A stretch of 64,000 bases of DNA, from assembly GCF_006345805.1 (NCBI RefSeq), contig NC_042997.1:148738001-148802000 (forward strand), read 5' to 3'. This DNA is from Octopus sinensis. Its lineage: Eukaryota. A program made the translations under genes and the position numbers. Below the pieces are notes generated by a model. That model had not been told where the DNA came from. It saw only the letters and a list, made by a program, of their open reading frames with translations, and ran no database searches. Positions 54,248 to 64,000 of this stretch are shown here, piece by piece (position 1 is the first letter of the stretch; every line of letters starts with the position of its first letter).

Positions 54248-57200
54248 AAAGCTACTATGATAATGGCACTGTTTTCGAGATTTTTAAAGTTATTACAAGT
54301 TATCAATTATGAATTTAAAATTTTTGTTGGCTCACATTTTGAAATTCGTTTACTGCATGATTTTAAACGAGGGAATAATACATTAATCAATTTGTAAGTT
54401 ATATCTGTGTTATGGTTTATGGTTGATTTCTGTTTGTAGTGATTAACTGGCTTCTAGAGCAGGCATTGGCCTACAAAGTTGTGTCAATTCGTACACTGAA
54501 TTCGTATCAGTGTCGGGCTGCATGGAAGAAGATTGTTTATTTTTTAATGATGTTCAATACATGACCTGTATAATGGGTTTGTACTATATTTCAAATCACG
54601 TGCTGGCTATATATTTGGCTTTCAAAGTTTTAGTTAGTAGCAAGTAATTTTCTGGTCTATAACAATATATTGATTTGGATTACATGTTGCTGATAAAGAA
54701 ATGTTTATCTTCCTTTTGTTTTTGAATATTTTCTTGACCTCGTGTGTGCGCTTTGTCTTCGAACTTTTTAACTTGAACTGCGGCAGTTTCATCACTGCTT
54801 CCAATTTATTTTAAGCCAGTTGTATAGTTGCTATATGTTTTGGTTAGTGAATGAGAAAAGTACAAATACTGAATATACAAACGATTTTAGTATCGTTCTG
54901 ACTTTACGTTTATACAGATTGTGCACCATTGTTAGATTGGAATATAAATATTTTTCTTTAACTCATTTCATATATGACTAATATTGTAACAAAATTACGA
55001 TTGTTGTAGGCAGTAAACTAGCCGACCCGATAGCAAAATGCCCAAATTCTTTCTGGTCTGAGTTGAAAATTCCGTAGTGCTCAACTTTGCCTACCTCTTG
55101 CGAAACTATCGCAATGTAATTTGCCAGGAAAGCGCTGGACCGATTGCATTATATAACGCCTGTCTCAAATTTCAGGCGCTATGAATTTATTAGGAACCTT
55201 AAGAAATAATTACAAGTCATAACAATATAAGTAAAGAAGAAAATGTTTTTGTTTTGTTAGCGCGACCTGCATATAATTTTGCTGGAGAGAGAGTTGCTGT
55301 TTAAGGGAAGAGAATCGCTTCCAAGTATATTGTCCCATACTGTGTGAAAAAAGCATACATATTTTTTCACACAGTGGATGACACAATTTCCTCCTGGTAA
55401 TAGGGTCCTCAGCACGACATATCTTAATGTGTTAAAATTAATTTCAAACTAAAATTAATTTCAAACTAAAATTATAGACGATCGATTTTTTCCAATAACA
55501 GTGAAAAAAGAAAGGACGAGAGAAAGAGAAACTGAGAGTAAGTGAGAAATAGAGAATGAAAGAGAGTGAGAGAAAGAGAAAACCTCATACGGTTTTGAAA
55601 TATCGTGCATCCCTTTTTTTTCGTTTTTTTCATTGTTCCTGTATTGATTTTTCTTGCATGATGGTCCATTGTGTCGTCTCATTTAATGTTTTGCTATAGG
55701 CCAAACACAAGCCCTAATATGTTTTCTGACATACAAAAGTGAAATTTCTGGCTGTTTTTCATTTTACATTATCTGTCGGGATGATAGAGTCTTTGTTTTT
55801 AATTTCATCTCACTATGACAATTCACCATCTGTTTCTGTTGGCACAAATTTCCAGACCAGCCAGTGTCTCATACATGTGGTTTGTTCACTAAGATTGTCG
55901 TATAATGTGTGTGAGAGAGAGAGGAACTTGCTGTTTAAGGGACAGAAATTATGAAAGTGTGATTATTTATTTCTCTTTTTATTCAGCGGGGACGTAGTCC
56001 GCTATATTAATTTCAGTTCTTGATAGCGTCGATTTTGTTGCTCTGTTTGTCCATTCATTTATACATATTCGTTAACACATACAAATATTATTCCCTAATA
56101 TAATCTGCTTCCTCATAATAATGCCCATAAGTTTCGAATTTGACACGCACTTCGCAGCTTATATAAAAAAAAACATTGTACAATATGTGTCATTTCATAA
56201 ATGCATATTTGAAGGAGAAGCAAATAATATGTTTCCAACTAAGAGAAAAAAATATCGATCTCTAAAATAGGTTTGAGTAGAATATTGTACATTAAAGCTT
56301 TTGTATTCTCTGTTATAAACATGTGAATAGGTTTCGGACTACTAACAAGTAATAAATAAGGTGCTACGTAAATTGGAATAAAAATAATTTACTTACAGGA
56401 CTATTTCACAAAATAAGGAGTGTTTTGGACATAACAATGCGTATTAGTGCTACTTCATACACAGTAAAATATTTCAGGGGAAAAATATTATGCCAATATA
56501 TGCTTATACAGGCATATCAAATTTAAATTAACTGTGTGACAAAATATATTTCCCATAGCATTTCAGTGCGTTTCATTATTTTAAAGCCATCAATAATGGC
56601 GGTAACACACCTCCATAAAACCTGGCCGGGGGTGCGATATTAGTTAATTCGTAGAAGCAACCTTCCTTAGCTGGAAAGTGATATGACAGAATATCTTCAG
56701 GAAATGGTTTAAAATACAGAACAATAGAAGTTTAAATTTATAATGTAATACAAATTAGATCTACAGATTTTTAGCAAAAACTCAGAGTAGACACGTGTAG
56801 AAGCATTGAATTTACAGACAATACCGTGTATGAATGAAAACTATGAGCAATCTGTTAATACGTATGTAATAAACAGAAACAAAGCATTTTAACGTTGGTT
56901 AAATTTTCATTCAAGTTTCAAGTTTTCAGTTACGTGTTTTTTACAAATTAATGCACTTTCCAAGGAAATATCAAAAATGCATTTACAATTCATTTTTGCT
57001 GAGGCAATGTTATATCATTTGCGAAAACAGGAGCAAGAAATTCAGTATGTAGTGCAATCAAAATAAATCCTCCTCCAAAAGCGTCTTTATATTTTGAATT
57101 AAATAAAACTCTATAATTGACTCATACCATAAATGTGAGCCTAAGTTTTCATCATATTCGAATACAGTAGATAAGAAAAAAGCCTGAGCATGACACGTGC

Positions 57201-58016
57201 TGTAGATTGAAATAGGTGGCTTCACGTTTGAGTATTCAAACTCTTTCAGAGAACAGTAGCTAGTTCATATCCCGTTCATGTTCCTCAAAACATGAATGGA
57301 TTGAACGCAATTAGAATATTTGCTTTCCAAAAAAATCCACAAGCTAGGCACTGTCAGTTAGACTTTTGACGGAAGCTCCTGGGATATTCAGATTTTGTTC
57401 TTGCAACTCAAGCATTTAATATTCTAATTGTTGACATAAATCGCTTCCAAAATTCCAAAATATGAAAACTCTAAGAACATCAACAATAGTTAAGCATTTC
57501 TTACATTGGGTATTGAGTAAGCTATATATCATAATATGATATTAGCATTTAATTCACTTACTAATATGTATTAAAAAATGAATTCGTCTATCATGTTTTA
57601 CATACCTGTAATTAGATCAGGCTTTTGATTGCAATATCCGTGACACATTAAGTAATTGCCTATTGCTGAATTGGTGCAAAAATTAAAACAAATGTTTCAA
57701 TGAATAACGATTTATTGTTGTTTTAGGAACACATTATAAAACTCCAAAATATTGTTGATTGTAATTGAATCACATTTTGAATGTAATTTCGTTAGAAATA
57801 CTGATCCGAAAAATATTGTAATTTTTTGTCTTGCGGGAAATGCTAAGAATTTGTGAAAACATATGCAATGACCCTATAGTGCAGAAGGCTACAAGAACAG
57901 AGGTTATTAATATTTTACTTTGAGGTGTTTGACAAAAATGTATATAATAATACTGAACACGTTGGTTAAATATGCGTACTTACATAATACACACATACCT
58001 ACATACATACATTTAT

Positions 58017-58071
<55 letters not shown>

Positions 58072-58322
58072 ATATATGTCTACATATGTAAATTATATTT
58101 AATATGATATATGTAACATTTAAACGAATAATATATAGTAAAGAAGAAAAAAGTAAGTAATTTCATAAAATTAATGACATCGATACTACTTAATTACCAG
58201 AAGCCGTTAGAATGACGCTCATTTACATTTCCCGATATTAAAAATTCATGAATTCGCAAATTGAATCATCGAAAGAACAAATACTTTCTAATTGCTATAC
58301 ATTGAATAATTGAACAACCTTT

Positions 58323-58370
<48 letters not shown>

Positions 58371-59002
58371 TATATATATAGACACCTATACACAAACACT
58401 TACATACATGTATGTATGCTTGTATTTTTGTATGTATGTATGACTTATATATGAATGTATGCTTGAGGAAGTATAGTGTGTACCTAATGAAAATATTAAT
58501 AATAAAAATATATATATTAATCTACTTGTATTTAAATCCTGAAAATATCTATTTACTTTCCACTGAAGATGTGTTGAAATTTGATGACTTATTCAACTGA
58601 TGATTTGATGATTTATTCAACTAATTTCCATCAACGAAATATACAGATTTACTAGTACAGTCGTGCGTAATTATATGCATCTATCCTTGCACACATAATA
58701 TGTACTTAATTAGTCATTGATAATCTCACGCAATGAAGATTCATTTGTTGCAAATCCTGAAATATTCTGCTCAATACCGCAGACTTGCTTGTCAGTTGCT
58801 TCACCTTAATCCCTTCAGCATGTCCCTTAGTGGCTAACGACATGTGCGTCCATCACTGAACACGAGTAGTAGGGCGAAGCCTCATAGTAATGTGTTTAAA
58901 GCAATCCCTACAATACGGTTCTATATTTAAGAGATGAGGAATTACGTACATTATTTTCATAATTTACATTTGATGGGTTTTGTCCTCATCTTTTCTGTTG
59001 TT

Positions 59003-59048
59003 AACACAACGTTACGGCTGATATACCATCCGGCCTTCATCAGGTGTC
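59003..59048 (-). ncRNA. Minimal hammerhead ribozyme motif, left arm (core mutated GUAAC)
   Basis: gacac-CTGATGA-A-GGCCG-gatggtatat-CAGCC-GTAAC-GTT-gtgtt. Confidence 0.6.
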
Positions 59049-59089
59049 TTGGGATGAAATTTCGAACTTTGGTTCTCATTCCTAATGTA

Positions 59090-59177
<88 letters not shown>

Positions 59178-59178
<1 letters not shown>

Positions 59179-59250
59179 GGGTCACTACCTGGATTCAAAC
59201 TCGGAATCTTGGTGTTAGTAGCCCGCGCTTTTAACCACTGCACCGTATGC
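59178..59250 (-). other. tRNA-derived (Pol III promoter-like) head
   Basis: Minus strand cggtgcagtggttaaaagcgcgggctactaac...gagtttgaatccagg with A-box and B-box-like motifs. Not a complete cloverleaf tRNA gene. Confidence 0.7.
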
Positions 59251-59269
59251 TCGTGGGCGTAGTGGTTAC

Positions 59270-59307
<38 letters not shown>

Positions 59308-59378
59308 GTATCAACAACAACAACAACAACATCGAAAAATACCTTAGGGATGAGAACCCAGGTTCGAAATTTCCCCAA

Positions 59379-59424
59379 GACACCTGATGAAGACTGGAGG
59401 GTATATCAACCGAAACGTTGTCTT
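59379..59424 (+). ncRNA. Minimal hammerhead ribozyme motif, right arm (core intact, stems partly mismatched)
   Basis: gacac-CTGATGA(59384-59390)-A-GACTG-gagggtatat-CAACC-GAAAC(59412-59416)-GTT-gtctt; palindromic AACGTT. Confidence 0.65.
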
Positions 59425-59776
59425 AGCAGCAAACAAGATGAGGACAAATATCCATCGATTGTAAATAATGTAAATTGTAAATTCATATGATTTTGAATAA
59501 CTCATTCCTTGAAACGTGGGCGTTTCGCTCATCATCCTTAAACACACTTATTCAGCGACCTTTTCCGCTGTTGAAAAAAATTTCAACTGGGCTCCATCTG
59601 CAAGGTAATGTGCTATGTTGATATGAGGTCACCATATCGCGCATAAAATGGTGTTCAAGTTACATGAAACAAACATTGCTTTATTCAACTAATTTCCATC
59701 AACGTAATATTCAGATTTCTTGTACAGGCGTGCGTAATTATATACACATATACTCATACATATCCTCACACTCAAT

Positions 59777-59784
<8 letters not shown>

Positions 59785-59872
<88 letters not shown>
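59785..59872. repeat. (TA)n microsatellite
   Basis: Seen directly. Confidence 0.95.
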
Positions 59873-59874
<2 letters not shown>

Positions 59875-60712
59875 GTCATTATTCATCGTTAACCTTACAC
59901 TATAAAGATTTATCTGTTGCAGGCCGCGAATATACTTTGGATTAAAATATCAGGGAAAAAGAACGAGCATGTGGAAACCGTTTATTAGTCCTCATGGCAT
60001 ACTGCAGTTAGGTGTAAACAAGGGTTTTTCAACCAAAATACGTAATCCATCCATTTCTCCGTCCGTCCGTCAGTCCGTCAATCCAACTATCCATCAGTCT
60101 GTCTGTCCATCAATTAATCCATTCATCCATCCCGCCATCATCTACTCTCCATGCATGCATGCATCCATCCATACACACGTACCTACATAGGTATGCATGT
60201 TTAATTGTAATTCGTTTGAGCATGTATGTGAGAGTGTATGCAGGTGTACATGTGAACCATCCAAAAAGGCACATAAGCGCTAGTGAGAAATCTTCAAAGC
60301 CAAACACCAGGTACTTTCGCATATAAAATAGATCAGAGATTGAAAAAAACTTAATATCACTTGGAGTAAAAAACAAATGAGTCTAACGGCAAATTTGTTA
60401 CGGGAATTAGTAGACTGTGCACCGACGAATAAAAATCCTCCCTACGCCTGTGCATCACAGGAAAATAATGCGATAACAATAAACTGGAGAAATGAGATAT
60501 GTTGCTGCACACGCCTAAATTAAATTATCTATCAGAAATAGACGGAACACTAAGCAGCATAAAAAGAACAAGCTACATAGCAAATTTAGGCTCTCATAAA
60601 GAAACAAAAGATACGATGAAATAAAAGACCTGACTAAAACCACACATTTATGTATTATTAGGCGAAAGCCAAAAGTGTGATGCTGTCAGGTGTTTAGATT
60701 CAGAGAGAGTAG

Positions 60713-60765
<53 letters not shown>

Positions 60766-62074
60766 ATGAGCTTAGCGTTGCGAGTGATGGCTACTAGATG
60801 ATATGATTAAATATTTGAAGAAAGAGGTAGAGACATAGAGAGAAGAAAACAGACCGTGTCTAGCGCAGGATTCTTGTAGTATAATTAAAAGTATAGGCAA
60901 AGAAAGAAAGAAAGAAAGAAAGTGAGAGAGAGAGAGACAGAGAGAAAGAGAGAGATAGAGAGAAAGAGAGAGATAGAGAGAAAGAGAGCGATAGAGAGAA
61001 AGAGAGAGATAGAGAGGCAGAATTAGTTTGTGATTACTGAAGGATAGGCAATTATGAACTTTAAAAGTATAATAAAATATTGTAAGAGAATAGATATAAG
61101 TATAATTGTTGCAGGTTTTAATGTTCAAAAATTTCTCTATCTGGTTTGCTTTGAAATGTTTATATATCACATAGATAAATAAATCAACGTACGTAAGGAC
61201 GAAGGTTAGCTCCATACGTGAATTAAATCGAAATAGGTTTAATACAAGGTGTAGATGTTGCTGTTTTACTTGTCCCACCCAAATTTTAAGTCTGATGCTT
61301 GAGCAACACCATTGTTCAGCTTTTTCTTCGTTTTGTTATTAGATTGAAATGCTTCTCCACAAAATAAAAATAGACATGATAGATAGAAACATACATAGAT
61401 ACTTACGTCAACACATATTCCAATAGTTATACATACGGATAGATTACACACATACAGCCAAGCACACATATTTATAAATACATACTGGAGTAGATAGATC
61501 GTATAGATTTTTGTATACATTTTTACAAATAACCGTATTAATATTCGTTAAAACTTCACGAAAATAAAGCAGCAGAATCATATTATAGATGCCTTCGATT
61601 CTGTTCCATATTTAAGAAGCTTATGTTTTGAAATAAAAGGAAAAATAATAAAAATTACCTTACAAAATACATGTAAGATTATAGGTTTCAGAGATATTGT
61701 TCCTTCAGATTGCTCATACAAAACTACATTTCTGGACTCTTGCCACATCTCATGAATCAAATCCTCCAGACAAAATATTGAATTTCATCTTGCAATTATT
61801 AAAATTACAGTGGAATACCTACAAGTAATGCTAGCGTGCAATAGATTACAGTAAGAAACATTCATCATATCAGAAATATCTGATGTACGAGATCCAATGA
61901 AATACATTACACACAGATACATGTTTTAAGAATTTTAATATTTGTTACCAATGGTTCTCAAGGCTCCTTTTCTTAACTGATTGAATGTGCTATGTAGATG
62001 TTTTTTGCGGTGTAAACGATGGGCAACAACAAATATTCTCCTCCATACCATAGATTTATCTCCTAAAACAATTG

Positions 62075-62434
62075 AACATGTCCCTTAGTGACTGACAATA
62101 TGTGCATCTTATATCACGAGAAGAAATAGTAGGGGAGAATCATATCCATGTGATGCAAGGAATTATTTGGCGTTTTGTTCAACATCCTTAAAGAAATCTT
62201 ATATAGGGAGATTTTGAGCGGGATGACCAACTTAACCTAAAAAAAATTCTAACCGGACCCCACCCGCAAGGTCATGTGCCGTTTATCTTGTTATGAAATC
62301 ACCATGTCACGTACCTATGGTCGTGATGCATGTGCGTGTTTTACCCTTAGCAGATAGGTAGTCATGATGGGTATACGGGAATCGTATATTTGTATACTAG
62401 TGTCACTTTGATAGCATGCGTTTCTTTCTCACTC
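62075..62434 (+). mobile_element. Family X TAA-tailed repeat
   Basis: Matches 24215-24550 in reverse complement; followed by (TAA)n. Confidence 0.8.
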
Positions 62435-62483
62435 AATAATAATAATAGTAAAGATAATAATAATGTTAATGATAATAGTAATG

Positions 62484-62516
<33 letters not shown>

Positions 62517-62532
62517 TTAGTAATAATAATAA

Positions 62533-62868
62533 GGGTAAAGGGTAAAGACCCCCTTCTGTCATGAATGACCATGGGATTGCACCTAGAAAGTTACCCTCCT
62601 AGACACAAGTCCGGGCAAGGTTGTTTATGGAAGACCAGCAGTCGCCCATGCATACCAGCCTCCCCTCTCCACGCCACCAGTGTTATCCAAGGGAAAGACA
62701 AAGGTCGATACAGCTTGGCACCAGTGACGTCGCAACTCATTTCTACAGCTGAGTGAACTGGAGCAACGTGAAATAAACTGCTTTGCTCAAGAACACAACA
62801 CGCAGCCCGGCCCGGGATTCGAGCTCACAGCCTCACGATCGTAAGCTCGACGCTCTAACCACTGAGCC
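62533..62868 (-). mobile_element. SINE S3
   Basis: Reverse complement of 14554-14888, inserted between two (TAA)n tracts. Confidence 0.9.
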
Positions 62869-62869
62869 A

Positions 62870-62989
<120 letters not shown>

Positions 62990-62990
<1 letters not shown>

Positions 62991-64000
62991 GACAAAACAC
63001 GACAAACAAACATACAAATGAGAACGAAAGCGACACAAATCTAAAACCTGGAAACAACGAAGGGGAGCCTAATTATTATGGTAATATAAAAAGTAGAATA
63101 ATCAAAGAACTAAAAACCACAGAGCTCAAAATGAACCACCGACCATCCCTCCCAAAAATCAAAATAGACAAAACAACAACACCAATTATAAACAGCATAA
63201 ACCTAGCCGTCACGGAACTAATAGCCACTGAAACAAAAATCGATATCACTGGGCTAAATGACTTAGTATACGTAGCAGCCACTGCAGCCACAAAAGAAGC
63301 TGGATACTCACTCAAACCCATCCAAACAGGAGTACCACCACCCAAATAAACCCTGTGGATAAGTAATATCCAAAACAAAATACAAAATATGAGAAAAGAT
63401 CTGTCGATTCTTAATGAAATCAGTAGACAATCAACGCTACTGAGCAACAAAAAGAAAACAAAAATACTCCGCAAATACATCACAGAAAAAGATTTACCTG
63501 AGATAAAAGAAAAGCTGAAGCAAGATATCCTTGCCAAAGCACAAAAGATCCGCCGGTAAAACAAACGCCAGCGCTTCTTTGAACAAAAACAAAAAGTTCA
63601 ACTCCAACCCCCAGAAGTTCTACCAAGAACTTGGGAAAAATAAAATAGTAATCAGCGCATCACCAACGGCAGAAGAAGTGGAAGAATTCTGGAGAGAAAT
63701 ATAGTCGGCGAACAAACAACCAAAAAAAAAAGGAGTATTAAAACAAGAAAGTCAGCATCTGAGCAACTTTGGACCCCCATAACAACTGAAGAGGTCACCC
63801 AGGCACTGCAAAGACTAAGCAACTGGAAGGCACCTGGGCATGACAAGATCCCCAACTTCTGGTTGAAATATCTAACAGGAATGCACAAAAAGCTGGCTGA
63901 AAACTTTAACAACATACTAGCAGAGCAAGAGACAATGCCTGAATGGCTCACGAAGGGGAAAACCATCTTAATTCCCAAATCAAATGAGACAGCAAAACCA
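62990..64000 (+). mobile_element. R4/Dong copy 3: N-terminal ORF region and start of RT, runs off the window end
   Basis: RPSLPKIK, LNDLVYVAATA, WISNIQNKI..MRKDL, KFYQELG, EEVEEFW, KAPGHDKIPNFWLKYL and EWLTKGKTILIPKSNET. The last motif overlaps the 5' end of copy 1. Stops at 63347, 63557 and about 63701, plus frameshifts. Confidence 0.9.

Larger units (their letters stand above)
58910..59488. mobile_element. Inverted dimer of a tRNA-headed, hammerhead-carrying element
   Basis: Arms 58910-59090 and 59335-59488 are inverted repeats, separated by (GTT)(TTA)n, a tRNA-like segment and (TAA)(CAA)n. Confidence 0.8.
58817..59655 (+). mobile_element. Decayed family X copy split by an insertion (parts 58817-58909 and 59489-59655)
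   Basis: The left part matches 62075-62160; the right part resumes at the contiguous position ttgaataa...gaaac.tggg.gtttcg seen uninterrupted in 24470-24540 (minus strand). Confidence 0.65.

Overview
AT-rich, microsatellite-dense eukaryotic DNA. From the SINE/LINE families I infer a coleoid cephalopod, most likely Octopus. No host gene could be identified by homology; the window looks intronic/intergenic and is dominated by retroelements. These include three copies of a young R4/Dong-clade non-LTR retrotransposon (RT + CCHC + restriction-like endonuclease) sitting in (TAA)n tracts, three older R4-like fragments, an RTE-like 3' end, two decayed Penelope-like (PLE) fragments, three tRNA-derived SINE families and a TAA-tailed non-coding repeat. 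The most interesting signals are: (i) two families of small non-coding elements carrying PLE-type minimal hammerhead ribozyme motifs, one a tRNA-headed element arranged as a divergent inverted dimer and the other with a non-canonical CUGUUGA core; (ii) the same -1 frameshift at an A_AAA_AAU heptamer just before the endonuclease catalytic residues in two independent Dong copies; and (iii) Dong insertions chained into the TAA tails of older elements, with AAT microhomology at the 5' junctions. A few phase-compatible minus-strand exon candidates are reported at low confidence. Most entries in the ORF track are microsatellite artefacts. Coordinates of decayed elements are approximate.
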